Assembly (NCBI GenBank): GCA_044223005.1
Contig: JBGAML010000006.1
Coordinates: 195,827 to 259,826 of the forward strand
Origin: Candidatus Eiseniibacteriota bacterium
GTDB taxonomy: Bacteria > Eisenbacteria > RBG-16-71-46
Length of the DNA: 64,000 nt
Direction: 5' to 3'
Positions 41,532-54,099 of the stretch are shown here, piece by piece. The notes beneath the pieces are model-generated. The model searched no databases, was not told where the DNA came from, and worked only from the letters and a program-made list of their open reading frames with translations. Within the stretch, counting starts at the first letter, position 1, and every line of letters begins with the position of its first letter. The position numbers and the translations under genes were made by a program.

Positions 41532-41883
41532 TGCCGTGCCACTCCGGAGCCGTGCGGCCCCGGAATCCGCGCGCCTCGCGACGCCGGTTCGCTCGCCGGA
41601 ATCGCCCCGAGACCCGCCCCTCACTCGGCCCCGCCCACGGCTTGCGCGCTCCCGCCGGAGACCTCATCCTGTGCCGGAATGGTGGCCGTCCCGTGCCGGG
41701 ATCGCCGCCCGTGAACCATCTCGCGGCGGAGCGCATCCGAGGGTGTCCCGCCGCGATCGCGGGGCGCCGTGGCCGACGGCGTTCCCGGCGCGCCCGGCCG
41801 TCCCGGGCGCCGTTCGCCGATCGCAGTTCCTCCGGGTGCGCACGATGCGCGACCGGAGCGTTCGCTCCCGGAAGGAGTTCCAC

Positions 41884-44397
<2,514 letters not shown>

Positions 44398-44497
44398 CGA
44401 GCCGTCGATTCTCCACGACGCTGGCGCTCCCCGTGATCCGGGCGGGCGCCGGCACCCGAATCACCCGACCCCCATCCGAGAGAAGGGACCGGCGTCC

Positions 44498-45664
44498 ATG
44501 ACCGCCACGCCTGCCGCCACCGCCGCGAAGACCAGCACCCGGCCGCGCCTGTTCACGCCCGGCCCCGTGGAGATCCCCGTGAGGATCCTGCGCGCGATGT
44601 CGCAGATCCCGCCGCACCACCGCACGGACGTGTTCCGCGCCACCTACAAGAAGGTGAGCGAGGACCTGAAGTGGCTGCACGAGACGCAGGGCGAGGTGTT
44701 GATGCTCGCGGCGTCCGGCACCGGTGCGATGGAAGCGTGCGTCGTGAATCTCATGGCGCCCGGCGAAAAGGCGCTCGTGATCGTGGGCGGCAAGTTCGGC
44801 GAGCGCTGGTCGAACATCTGCAAGGCGTACGGCGTGCCGTACCAGGAGATCAAGGTCGAGTGGGGGCACGTCGTCGAGCCCGCCGCGATCGACGCGGCGC
44901 TCGCCGCCGACCCCGCGATCACGACCGTGTTCGCGCAGCAGAGCGAGACCTCGACCGCGACCGTGTACGACGTCGAGGGCTTCGCGAAGGTGACGCGCGC
45001 GCGCGGCAAGCGGCTCGTCGTGGACGCGATCACCGGCGTCGGCGTGCACCCGTTGCCGCAGGACGCGTGGGGCGTCGACGTCGTGGTCACCGGTTCGCAG
45101 AAGGGCCTCATGAGCCCTCCCGGCATCGCCACCGTGAGCCTCGCGCCGTGGGCGCTGGACGCGATCGAGGGCGACAAGCTGCCGCGCTTCTACTTCGACC
45201 TGCGCAAGGCGCGCAAGAACCTGCCCGCGGGCGAGACCGCGTTCACGCCGGCCGTGAGCCTGGTGTTCGCGGTCGAGGAAGCGATCGCGATGATGAAGGA
45301 AGAGGGCCTCGCCGCCGTGCACCGCCGGCACGCGAAGCTCGCCGCCGCCGTGCGCGCGGGCGCGCAGGCGCTCGGCTTCTCGCTCTTCTCGAAGCGTCCC
45401 GCGAACAGCGTGACCGCGCTGCTGCCGCCAGAGGGCGTCGACGCGTCGGGCGTGGTGAAGCGCCTGCGCGAAGTCCACGGCATCACCGTTGCCGGCGGCC
45501 AGGACCACATGAAGGGCAAGATGCTCCGGATCGGCCACATGGGCTCGTACGACCTCTCGGACATCTACGTGGTGCTCGGCGCGCTCGAGGAGTGCGTGAA
45601 CGCGGCGGGCCGGCCCGCCACGGGTGCGATCGAGGCGGCGCGGCGCGCCTGGGAGGCCGCGTGA
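44498..45664 (+). CDS. Class V PLP aminotransferase (alanine-glyoxylate/serine-pyruvate family), probably acting as phosphoserine aminotransferase
   Basis: FTPGP, SGTGAME, GKFGERW, SETST, VDAIT, GSQKGL..PPG, RIGHMG; coupled to serA. Confidence 0.85.
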   Translation: MTATPAATAAKTSTRPRLFTPGPVEIPVRILRAMSQIPPHHRTDVFRATYKKVSEDLKWLHETQGEVLMLAASGTGAMEACVVNLMAPGEKALVIVGGKFGERWSNICKAYGVPYQEIKVEWGHVVEPAAIDAALAADPAITTVFAQQSETSTATVYDVEGFAKVTRARGKRLVVDAITGVGVHPLPQDAWGVDVVVTGSQKGLMSPPGIATVSLAPWALDAIEGDKLPRFYFDLRKARKNLPAGETAFTPAVSLVFAVEEAIAMMKEEGLAAVHRRHAKLAAAVRAGAQALGFSLFSKRPANSVTALLPPEGVDASGVVKRLREVHGITVAGGQDHMKGKMLRIGHMGSYDLSDIYVVLGALEECVNAAGRPATGAIEAARRAWEAA

Positions 45665-46581
45665 AGGTCCTCGCCTGCGACAAGGTGGACCGCAGCGTGA
45701 TCGAGATGCTGCGGGCGGCGGGACACGAGGTGAGCGAGGGCAACGCGCTGAAGGGCGCCGAGCTGATCGCCGCGCTGAAGGGCGTGCAGGGCCTCGTGGT
45801 GCGCGGCGCCACCAAGGTGACCGGCGACGTGCTCCGCGCCTGCCCGGACCTGAAGGCCGTCGTGCGCGCCGGCACGGGGCTCGACAACGTCGACGTCGCG
45901 GCTGCGGCCGCGTGCGGCGTGCAGGTGATGAACACGCCCAACGCCAACTCCGTTTCGGTCGCCGAACTGTCGTTCGGTCTCATGCTGGCGCTCGAGCGTC
46001 ACATCGTGCCGGCCGCGAGCGACCTGCGCCGCGGCGTGTGGGAGAAGAGCAAGTACGCGGGCCGCGAGCTCTGCGGCCGCACGCTCGGCATCCTCGGGTT
46101 CGGCCGCATCGGCCGCGAGGTGGCGACGCGCGCGCGCGCGTTCGACCTGCGCGTGATCGCGCACGATCCGCTCTACGATTCCACGAGCGAGGGCTTCAAC
46201 TGGGTGCGCGCCGTCAGCAGCGACGACCTGTTCCGCGAATCGGACGTCCTCACGATCCACGTGCCGCTCAACGACCAGACCCGCGACTCGATCGGTGCGC
46301 GGGCGTTCGGGCTCATGAAGCCCGACGCGATTCTCGTCAACTGCTCGCGCGGCGGCGTCGTGAACGAGCCCGCGTTGCTCGACGCGCTCGCGTCCGGCCG
46401 GCTGCGCGCGGCGGCGTCGGACGTGTTCACCGAGGAGCCGCCGGCGATGGACCACCCGCTGCTCGCGCTGCCCAACTTCCTCGCGTTGCCGCACCTCGGC
46501 GCCAGCACGGCCGAGGCGCAGAAGCGCGCCGGGACCGAGGCGGCGCAGCGGCTGATCGACGCACTCGCGTCGCTGGGCTGA
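45661..46581 (+). CDS. serA: D-3-phosphoglycerate dehydrogenase, short form without ACT domain
   Basis: RAGTGLDNVD, NTPNANSVSVAE, GFGRIG, HVPL, NCSRGGVV, DVF.EEP, PHLGAST.EAQ; GTGA overlap with the upstream gene. Confidence 0.82.
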   Translation: MKVLACDKVDRSVIEMLRAAGHEVSEGNALKGAELIAALKGVQGLVVRGATKVTGDVLRACPDLKAVVRAGTGLDNVDVAAAAACGVQVMNTPNANSVSVAELSFGLMLALERHIVPAASDLRRGVWEKSKYAGRELCGRTLGILGFGRIGREVATRARAFDLRVIAHDPLYDSTSEGFNWVRAVSSDDLFRESDVLTIHVPLNDQTRDSIGARAFGLMKPDAILVNCSRGGVVNEPALLDALASGRLRAAASDVFTEEPPAMDHPLLALPNFLALPHLGASTAEAQKRAGTEAAQRLIDALASLG

Positions 46582-46679
46582 ACTCCGGCGGCGTTCCGGC
46601 ACCTCGACGGGCCGCCCGGCGTTGCGCCGCGCGGCCCGTCGTCTTACCTTGCGCCGTCCGTTTCGATCCGGAGGGTGTC

Positions 46680-47948
46680 ATGCCGTGCACGGTCGTCGTC
46701 GGGGCGCAGTGGGGTGACGAGGGCAAGGGCAAGATCGTCGACGCGCTGAGCGCGGCCGCCGACCTCGTGGCCCGCTACCAGGGCGGCCCCAACGCGGGCC
46801 ACAGCGTGATCCACGAGGGCCGCACGCTCGTGCTGCACCTCGTGCCGTCGGGGATCCTGTATCCCGGCCGCCGCTGCCTGATCGGCAACGGCGTCGTCGT
46901 CGACCCGTTCCGCCTGCGCGAAGAGGTCGACATGCTCGAATCGCGTGGCGTACCCGCGAGCGAGCAACTGGGCGTCTCCGGCCAGGCGCACCTGATCCTG
47001 CCGTACCACCGCGCCGTCGAAGCGCTCGCCGAACAGGGCCCGGGCGCGATCGGGACCACCGGCCGCGGGATCGGCTTCGCGTACCGCGACAAGGCCGCGC
47101 GCGTCGGGCTGCGGATCGAGGACCTCTTCGACCGCGAGCGCTTCGTCGCCCAGTGCGATCGCAACCTCGCGCGGCTGCGGCGCGAGTTCGCCGAAGTCGA
47201 TCTCGGGGGCAACACGGGGGAGTCGCTGTTCGAGAGCCTGCGCCCAATCGCCGACTGGCTCGGGCCGCATCTCGCGGACGTGTCGCTGGAACTGCACGAC
47301 GCGCTCCGCGCCGGCCGGCGCGTGCTGTTGGAAGGCGCGCAGGGCACGCTGCTCGACCTCGACCACGGCACGTACCCGTACGTCACCTCGTCCGCCGCCA
47401 GTGCCGCGGGCGCGCCGCTCGGCGTGGGCCTCGGGCCGACGGCCGTGGACGAAGTGATCGGCGTCACCAAGGCGTACACCACGCGCGTCGGCCACGGGCC
47501 GTTCCCGACCGAGATGCCGGAGGCGGAAGCCGCGGCGCTGCGCGAGGCGGGAGAGGAGTACGGCGCGACGACCGGCCGCCCGCGCCGATGCGGCTGGCTC
47601 GACATCCCCGCGCTGCGCTACGCGGCGCGCGTCAACGGCCTCACGGGGCTCGTCGTGACCAAGCTCGACGTGCTCGATGCGTTCGACGAGATCCTCGTCG
47701 CCGAGCGCTACGAGTCCGACGGCGCCGACGTCGCCGCGTTTCCCGTCTCGGCTCGCGCACTCGAGCGTTGCCGGCCCGTGTGGAGGCGCTTCCGCGGGTG
47801 GAAGTCGCCGACCACCGGAGCACGGAAGTGGAGCGACCTGCCGGCGCCCGCGCGCGAGTACCTGGAGTGGATCGAGCGGGCCGTGGCGGTACCGATCCAG
47901 CGCGTCTCGGTCGGCGCGGGGCGCGACTCGGAGCTCTCGCGAGCGTAG
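46680..47948 (+). CDS. purA: Adenylosuccinate synthetase
   Basis: GAQWGDEGKGK, QGGPNAGH, GTTGRGIG, EGAQG, GTYPYVTSS, TRVG.GPF, TTGRPRRCGW. Confidence 0.97.
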   Translation: MPCTVVVGAQWGDEGKGKIVDALSAAADLVARYQGGPNAGHSVIHEGRTLVLHLVPSGILYPGRRCLIGNGVVVDPFRLREEVDMLESRGVPASEQLGVSGQAHLILPYHRAVEALAEQGPGAIGTTGRGIGFAYRDKAARVGLRIEDLFDRERFVAQCDRNLARLRREFAEVDLGGNTGESLFESLRPIADWLGPHLADVSLELHDALRAGRRVLLEGAQGTLLDLDHGTYPYVTSSAASAAGAPLGVGLGPTAVDEVIGVTKAYTTRVGHGPFPTEMPEAEAAALREAGEEYGATTGRPRRCGWLDIPALRYAARVNGLTGLVVTKLDVLDAFDEILVAERYESDGADVAAFPVSARALERCRPVWRRFRGWKSPTTGARKWSDLPAPAREYLEWIERAVAVPIQRVSVGAGRDSELSRA

Positions 47949-48380
47949 TCCCAGTCTCATGGCGGGCAACGACATCCCGTCACGCTGGTGACGGAATGAC
48001 ATGCCCTCGTCATGACCCCGGCGAGAGAACGCGCGCGAATACCGGGTAGCGTGATCCGCACGTAAGCGATTTTCGGACATACCACTTCGCCCGATCGCTC
48101 GTGCGACTTCACAGGGTCCGAACATCGTGGCCCGGTCCTTGCCCTTCCGGCTGCGGGCCGTTTCCTCGGAATCGTTTCGGCGGCCGCCGGTTCACACGAG
48201 GCAGCGATGTTCTCCCGGGCCCTCACGGGGGTGGCGGGGAAGCGTCGTTGTCTTTGGTGCGTGCCGGCATGGCACCGATGGAACGGTACCCGAGACCGGA
48301 GCACGCCGCTCCGGGATGACGCGTTGCCCGTCGCTCACACCCGCACCGCGGGGAAACCGCAGACCCGACAGGGAGCCGCA

Positions 48381-50564
48381 ATGAACGCACAGCTCGACTC
48401 CTTCAAGTACGACGACGCGATCGTCCGGAAGTTCATGGTCGCGACCTTCGTCTGGGGCCTGGTCGGCATGCTGGTGGGGTTGTTCGTCGCCCTGCAGCTC
48501 GCCGTTCCGGCGCTGAACGTCCCGCCGCTCCTGACGTTCGGCCGTCTCCGCCCACTGCACACGAACGCCGTCATCTTCGCGTTCGCGGGCAATGCCATCT
48601 TCACGGGCGTCTACTACTCGACGCAGCGGCTGCTCAAGGCCCGCATGTTCTCGGACCTGCTGAGCGGGCTCCACTTCTGGGGCTGGCAGCTGATCATCGT
48701 CGCCGCCGCGCTCACGCTCCCGACCGGCTTCACGCAGTCGAAGGAGTACGCCGAGCTCGAATGGCCGATCGACATCGCGATCGCCGTCGTCTGGGTGATC
48801 TTCGCGGTCAACTTCTTCATGACGCTGGCGCGCCGCCGCGAGCGGCACATCTACGTGGCGATCTGGTTCTACATCGCCTCGATCGTCACCGTCGCGATCC
48901 TGCACATCTTCAACAACCTGTCGCTGCCGGTCGGACCGCTCAAGAGCTATTCGATCTACGCGGGCGCGCAGGACGCGCTGATGCAGTGGTGGTACGGCCA
49001 CAACGCCGTCGCGTTCTTCCTGACCACGCCGTTCCTCGGGCTCATGTACTACTTCATGCCCAAGGCGGCCAACAAGCCCGTGTTCTCGTACCGGCTGTCG
49101 ATCCTGCACTTCTGGACGCTGGTGTTCATGTACATCTGGGCCGGCCCGCATCACCTGCACTACACGGCTCTGCCCGAGTGGGCGTCCACGCTCGGCATGA
49201 TCTTCTCGGTCATGCTCTGGATGCCGTCGTGGGGTGGTGGCGTCAACGGCCTGCTGACGCTGCGCGGTGCGTGGAACAAGGTCGTCGAGGATCCGATCCT
49301 CAAGTTCTTCGTCGTCGCCGTGACCGCGTACATGATGTCGACGTTCGAAGGCCCGATGCTCTCCGTGAAGAGCGTCAACGCCCTCGCGCACTACACCGAC
49401 TGGATCATCGCGCACGTGCACACCGGCGCACTCGGCTGGAACGGCTTCCTGACGTTCGGCATGGTGTACTGGCTGCTCCCGCGCATCTTCCAGACGAAGC
49501 TCCACAGCCAGAAGCTCGCCGAGACGCACTTCTGGGTCGCGACGTTCGGCATGATCCTCTACTCGACCGCGATCTACAGCGGCGGCGTGACGCAGGGCCT
49601 CATGTGGCGCGCGTTCGACGAGACCGGCCGCCTGCAGTTCCCGGACTTCGTCGAGACCACGATGAAGCTCATGCCCATGTACTGGATGCGCGCCCTCGGC
49701 GGCACGCTGTACATCATCGGCATGCTGCTGTTCGGCTACAACATCCTCCGCACCTGGATGGCCCGTCCCAAGACGTACGAGGAGCCGATCATCCAGGCTC
49801 CGGCGCTCGCGAAGGCGTCGGGCGAAGGCGCGAAGAACTTCTGGGCGGGCTTCTCGATCGCCGGGCACCGCAAGTGGGAGGGCCTGCCGCTGGTCTTCAC
49901 CGTGTGGACCGTCGTCGCCGTGGTCGTGGCGTCGCTCTTCGAGATCGTCCCGACCTTCCTGATCCGGACGAACGTCCCGACCATCGCGTCGGTGAAGCCG
50001 TACACGCCGCTCGAACTCGCGGGTCGCGACCTGTACCAGCGCGAAGGCTGCTTCAACTGCCATTCGCAGATGATCCGCCCGATGCGCTACGAAACCGAGC
50101 GCTACGGCGAGTACAGCAAGCCCGGTGAGTTCGTGTACGACCACCCGTTCCTCTGGGGTTCGCGCCGCATCGGCCCGGATCTCGGCCGCGAGGGTGGCAA
50201 GTACAACAACCTCTGGCACGTGAACCACATGCGGGACCCGCGTTCGGTGACGCCGAAGTCGATCATGCCGCCGTATCCGGGCCTCTACACGAGCACGATC
50301 GACTGGGCGTCGATCCAGAAGCACGTCGACGGCATGGCCATGCTCGGCGTGCCCTACGGCGACATGGTCCAGGAAGGCAAGGCGATCGAGGACGCGAAGG
50401 TGCAGGCGAAGAGCATCGCGGACGACATCGCGTCGAACGGCGGCGGCACGGACCTCCAGGACAAGGAGATCGTGGCGCTGATCGCGTACCTGCAGCGTCT
50501 CGGCACCGACATCAAGAAGGCGGGCGGCATCGCTCATCACTCGCCGCTGCTCGGAGGCATGTGA
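48381..50564 (+). CDS. ccoNO: cbb3-type cytochrome c oxidase, fused subunits I and II (CcoN-CcoO)
   Basis: FGRLRPLHTN, KEYAELEW, QWWYGHNAV, WAGPHHL, WIIAHVH, then in frame GCFNCHSQMIRP, WGSRRIGPDL, SIMPPYP. Confidence 0.96.
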   Translation: MNAQLDSFKYDDAIVRKFMVATFVWGLVGMLVGLFVALQLAVPALNVPPLLTFGRLRPLHTNAVIFAFAGNAIFTGVYYSTQRLLKARMFSDLLSGLHFWGWQLIIVAAALTLPTGFTQSKEYAELEWPIDIAIAVVWVIFAVNFFMTLARRRERHIYVAIWFYIASIVTVAILHIFNNLSLPVGPLKSYSIYAGAQDALMQWWYGHNAVAFFLTTPFLGLMYYFMPKAANKPVFSYRLSILHFWTLVFMYIWAGPHHLHYTALPEWASTLGMIFSVMLWMPSWGGGVNGLLTLRGAWNKVVEDPILKFFVVAVTAYMMSTFEGPMLSVKSVNALAHYTDWIIAHVHTGALGWNGFLTFGMVYWLLPRIFQTKLHSQKLAETHFWVATFGMILYSTAIYSGGVTQGLMWRAFDETGRLQFPDFVETTMKLMPMYWMRALGGTLYIIGMLLFGYNILRTWMARPKTYEEPIIQAPALAKASGEGAKNFWAGFSIAGHRKWEGLPLVFTVWTVVAVVVASLFEIVPTFLIRTNVPTIASVKPYTPLELAGRDLYQREGCFNCHSQMIRPMRYETERYGEYSKPGEFVYDHPFLWGSRRIGPDLGREGGKYNNLWHVNHMRDPRSVTPKSIMPPYPGLYTSTIDWASIQKHVDGMAMLGVPYGDMVQEGKAIEDAKVQAKSIADDIASNGGGTDLQDKEIVALIAYLQRLGTDIKKAGGIAHHSPLLGGM

Positions 50565-50565
50565 C

Positions 50566-50760
50566 ATGCACTCCGACGTCATGAGTGGAGCGGGGCTCGC
50601 CGGCTACGCCGAAGTGGCGATGGTCCTGTTCCTTCTCGCCTTCATCGTCATCGCGTTCGTCACGTACCGGCCTTCGAACCACAAGGCCATGGACGAGGCG
50701 AGCCGCCTTCCGTTCGAGGACGATCCCGCCGGACAGCGGGAGGAGGACTTCCGGTCATGA
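50566..50760 (+). CDS. ccoQ: cbb3 oxidase small subunit CcoQ
   Basis: Single TM helix and ASRLPFED; lies between ccoO and ccoP. Confidence 0.85.
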   Translation: MHSDVMSGAGLAGYAEVAMVLFLLAFIVIAFVTYRPSNHKAMDEASRLPFEDDPAGQREEDFRS

Positions 50761-51407
50761 GCCCGTCGAAGGACGAAGATCGCCTGCTCGATCACAAGTA
50801 CGACGACATCCAGGAGTACGACAATCCCCTTCCGGGGTGGTGGACCGCGATCCTGTGGGCCACCATCGTCTGGTCGATCCTGTACTTCTTCAACTTCATT
50901 CCCGGCGTCGGCACCGGCAAGGGCCGCATCGCCAACTACGAGAACGACGTGAAGGCCGCCGAGGAGAAGTACGGCACGCCGCAGCAGCAGGCGGCGAAGG
51001 CCTCCGCGTCGATCGACGTCAGCCTGATGCTGGCGGCGCTCAAGGACCCGGCGCAGATCGCCGAGGGCAAGGCCATCTTCGAGGACGCTTCCAAGTGCGC
51101 GTCGTGTCACGTCGCGGACGGCGGCGGCCTCGTCGGGCCGAACCTCACCGACGATTTCTGGATCCACGGTGCGCAGCCGAAGGACATCCTGACGACCATC
51201 GTCAACGGCGTGCCGGACAAGGGCATGCTGACGTGGGGCCCGATCCTGGGTCCCGAGAAGTGCGCCAAGGTGGCCGCGTACGTGTACACCATGCACGGCA
51301 TGCACCCGGCCAAGCCCAAGGAGCCCCAGGGCACCAAGGTGGAGTACGACGCCAACGGACCGATCGCCCCCGCGGCGACCGATTCGGCGGCGACTGCCGC
51401 GAAGTAA
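50757..51407 (+). CDS. ccoP: cbb3 oxidase subunit III CcoP (monoheme)
   Basis: HKYDDIQEYDNPLPGWW, a single CASCH, GPNLTD.FWIHG, KGM..W. Confidence 0.92.
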   Translation: MSPSKDEDRLLDHKYDDIQEYDNPLPGWWTAILWATIVWSILYFFNFIPGVGTGKGRIANYENDVKAAEEKYGTPQQQAAKASASIDVSLMLAALKDPAQIAEGKAIFEDASKCASCHVADGGGLVGPNLTDDFWIHGAQPKDILTTIVNGVPDKGMLTWGPILGPEKCAKVAAYVYTMHGMHPAKPKEPQGTKVEYDANGPIAPAATDSAATAAK

Positions 51408-51449
51408 CCCCACTGCAGTACTCAGGCCGCACCTGAGGAGGCTTTTGCC

Positions 51450-52901
51450 ATGGCCGTGGAAACGCAGCCGGTGAAGGCGCCCGGGCGCGTCCTCTCGACG
51501 CTCAACGAGGACGGATCCCGCCGTTGGATCCGTCCTCGTCCGTCCCCGGGATCCTGGTGGCACCGGCGCCGCGTGCTGGCGTACGTGCTGATGTTCGTCT
51601 TCTTCGTGATCCCGTACCTCAAGATGAACGGGAAGCCGCTCATCCTGCTGGACCTGCCGCGTCGCGAGTTCACGCTCTTCGGGACGACGTTCCTGCCCAC
51701 CGACACGCTGCTGTTCATGCTGCTGTTCGTCAGCGCCGGTATCGCCATCTTCCTGGTCACGACGCTCTTCGGGCGTGTCTGGTGTGGCTGGGGTTGTCCG
51801 CAGACCGTGTACATGGAGTACCTGTTCCGCCCGATCGAACGCTGGCTCGAGGGCGGATTCCGCGGCTCCATGCGGCTCGACAAGCAGGGGCCGTTCGCCG
51901 GCAAGCGCCTGCTCAAGTACCTCATCTACTTCCTGCTGTCGGCGTTCCTCGCGCACACGTTCCTGGCGTACTTCGTCGGGATCGAGCAGCTCGTGCAGTG
52001 GGTGCAGGGCTCGCCGAAGGACCACCCGGTCGCGTTCATGGTCATGGCCGGGACGCTGATCGCGATCTTCATCGACTTCACGTGGTACCGCGAACAGACG
52101 TGCCTCGTCGCCTGCCCCTACGGCCGGCTGCAGAGCGTGCTGTTCGACCGGCGCACGCTGATCGTGACGTACGACCCGACGCGCGGCGAGCCGCGCATGC
52201 CGGGCACGGCGCCGCGTCCCGAGGGCGCCGGCGACTGCATCGACTGCGGCAACTGCACGCGCACGTGCCCAACCGGGATCGACATCCGCGACGGGCTGCA
52301 GATGGAGTGCGTGCACTGCACGCAGTGCATCGACGCGTGCGACGAGATCATGGTCAACATCGGCAAGCCGAAGGGCCTGATCCGCTACGGCAGCCAGGAC
52401 GAACTGCGCGGCAAGCCGCGCCGGTTCGTGCGCACGCGCGTCCTGCTCTATCCGGTCGCGCTGGCGGTCAGCCTGGGGCTCTTCCTGTTCTTCCTCACCA
52501 ATCGCGCCACCACGGAAGTCACGGTCCTGCGAGGCACCGGCGCGCCCTACCAGATGCAGGGCGACCAGGTGGTGAACCAGGTGCGGCTCAAGTTCTCGAA
52601 CCGCAATCGCGAGGAACACCAGTACAAGGTCGAGCTGACGGGCAGTCCCGATGCCCAGTTGATCGACCCGCTGGATCCGTTCCCGGTGCCCGGCGGTCAC
52701 ACGCTCACGAATACCGTGTTCGTGGTTTCGCCGCGGTCGGCCTACGTGGACGGAGCCCGGCGAGTGATGTTCCGGGTGGACGACGGGCATGGATTCGCGC
52801 GAACCTACGTGCACCCGCTGCTCGGCCCGAAGGACCACGATCACGGGCACGAGGGCGGCGACGAACGGCACGGCGAGCACGAGCGGGAGGGCGGACGGTG
52901 A
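51450..52901 (+). CDS. ccoG: Cytochrome c oxidase accessory protein CcoG/FixG
   Basis: GRVWCGWGCPQT, CLVACPYGRLQ, CIDCGNCTRTCPTGIDIRDGLQMECVHCTQCIDAC. Confidence 0.95.
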   Translation: MAVETQPVKAPGRVLSTLNEDGSRRWIRPRPSPGSWWHRRRVLAYVLMFVFFVIPYLKMNGKPLILLDLPRREFTLFGTTFLPTDTLLFMLLFVSAGIAIFLVTTLFGRVWCGWGCPQTVYMEYLFRPIERWLEGGFRGSMRLDKQGPFAGKRLLKYLIYFLLSAFLAHTFLAYFVGIEQLVQWVQGSPKDHPVAFMVMAGTLIAIFIDFTWYREQTCLVACPYGRLQSVLFDRRTLIVTYDPTRGEPRMPGTAPRPEGAGDCIDCGNCTRTCPTGIDIRDGLQMECVHCTQCIDACDEIMVNIGKPKGLIRYGSQDELRGKPRRFVRTRVLLYPVALAVSLGLFLFFLTNRATTEVTVLRGTGAPYQMQGDQVVNQVRLKFSNRNREEHQYKVELTGSPDAQLIDPLDPFPVPGGHTLTNTVFVVSPRSAYVDGARRVMFRVDDGHGFARTYVHPLLGPKDHDHGHEGGDERHGEHEREGGR

Positions 52902-53383
52902 AACCGGGAGCCTGGTGGCCGGTGGCGGTGGTCGGCGTCCTGGCGGTGACCGTGGGCGCGAACATCGCGATCCTCGTCGCCGCGCGCGACAAGAATGCGT
53001 ACGTGGTCGAGCCCGACTACTACCGCAAGGCGGTCGCGTGGGACACGACCATGGCCGAGGCCCGGCACGACCAGGCGCTCGGCTGGCAACTGGACGCGGC
53101 GTTCGCCGGCTGGTCCGCCGCCGGCACGCCGCTCACGGTGCAGCTCGCGGATTCGGCCGGCGCGCCGCTCGCGGGTGCGGGCGTGCACGTGGAGATGCTG
53201 AACAACCTCGCGCCCGAGGACGTGATCCGCGGCGTGGCGACCGACGCGGGAGAGGGGCGTTACCAGTTGCTCGCGCACCTGCCGCGGCCGGGGCTCTGGG
53301 AGCTGCGATTCCAGGTGGTGCGCGGCGCGGAGCACTTCGCCGCGGACCTGCGCCGCGACGCGCTGCGAGGTGCCGCGAAGTGA
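52898..53383 (+). CDS. ccoH: FixH/CcoH family protein
   Basis: N-terminal TM, VEPDYYRKA..W, Ig-like tail GLWELR; GTGA overlaps on both sides. Confidence 0.82.
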   Translation: MKPGAWWPVAVVGVLAVTVGANIAILVAARDKNAYVVEPDYYRKAVAWDTTMAEARHDQALGWQLDAAFAGWSAAGTPLTVQLADSAGAPLAGAGVHVEMLNNLAPEDVIRGVATDAGEGRYQLLAHLPRPGLWELRFQVVRGAEHFAADLRRDALRGAAK

Positions 53384-54099
53384 TCGCGCTGGCCGGCTCG
53401 GTGCTCCTCGCGAGCCTGCTCGGCAGCCCGCACTGTGCGGGCATGTGCGGTGGCTTCGTCTGCTTCTACTCCGGCCAGGACGGGCGCGGGCGCTGGCTCG
53501 CGCACGTCGCCTACAACGCCGGCCGGCTCTTTTCGTACGTGCTGCTCGGCCTGCTCGCGGGTGCGCTCGGCCACGTGCTGGACCGTGCCGGTGCCGCGGC
53601 CGGCCTGCACCGCACCGCCGCGATCGCCGCGGGTGTGGTGATGGTGGTCTGGGGCATCGGTGCGCTGATGGTCGCGTTCGGCGCCAAGCTCCCGACGGCC
53701 GCGGCGCCCGCGATCCTGCGCACGCGCTTCGCGAGCGCCATGCGTGCCGTGCACGCGCAGCCACCCGAGGTGCGCGCACTCACGCTCGGCCTGGTCACGG
53801 CATTGCTGCCGTGCGGCTGGCTCTGGGTGTACGTCGCCACCGCCGCCGGAACGGGATCGGTGGCCGGTGCGGTGCTGGTGATGGGGGCCTTCTGGCTCGG
53901 GACGCTGCCGGTGATGGCCGGGCTCGGCGTCGCGGCCCAGACGCTGATCGGCCCGATCCGCCGCCGCCTGCCCGTGGTCACGGCGAGTGTGCTCGTCGTG
54001 CTCGGACTCCTCACGATCGGCGGCCGGCTGGGCGCCATGACACCGGGAGGCGGGCACTGCCCCAAGTGCGCGCCCGCCACGGAGCATGTCGGTCACTGA
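53380..54099 (+). CDS. DsbD_2 / TauE-SafE-like membrane protein of cbb3 assembly clusters
   Basis: GSPHCAGMCG, YNAGR..SY, LLPCGWL, FWLGTLP. Confidence 0.88.
   Translation: MIALAGSVLLASLLGSPHCAGMCGGFVCFYSGQDGRGRWLAHVAYNAGRLFSYVLLGLLAGALGHVLDRAGAAAGLHRTAAIAAGVVMVVWGIGALMVAFGAKLPTAAAPAILRTRFASAMRAVHAQPPEVRALTLGLVTALLPCGWLWVYVATAAGTGSVAGAVLVMGAFWLGTLPVMAGLGVAAQTLIGPIRRRLPVVTASVLVVLGLLTIGGRLGAMTPGGGHCPKCAPATEHVGH

Noticed and set aside
41641..41670. Sigma32-like heat-shock promoter for lon (cttgcg...cctcatcct)
   Set aside because: The match to CTTGAA/CCCCAT is weak and cannot be supported without TSS data.
40954..41883. Apparent 310-aa N-terminal extension of Lon or an HNH-Lon fusion
   Set aside because: It is in a different frame from the HNH gene and reads as non-protein-like sequence; lon has its own SD and GTG at 41884.
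48095..48115. Possible FNR/CRP/Rex box upstream of ccoN (gtgcgacttcaca)
   Set aside because: Only one half-site matches, and the spacing fits none of the consensus sequences.
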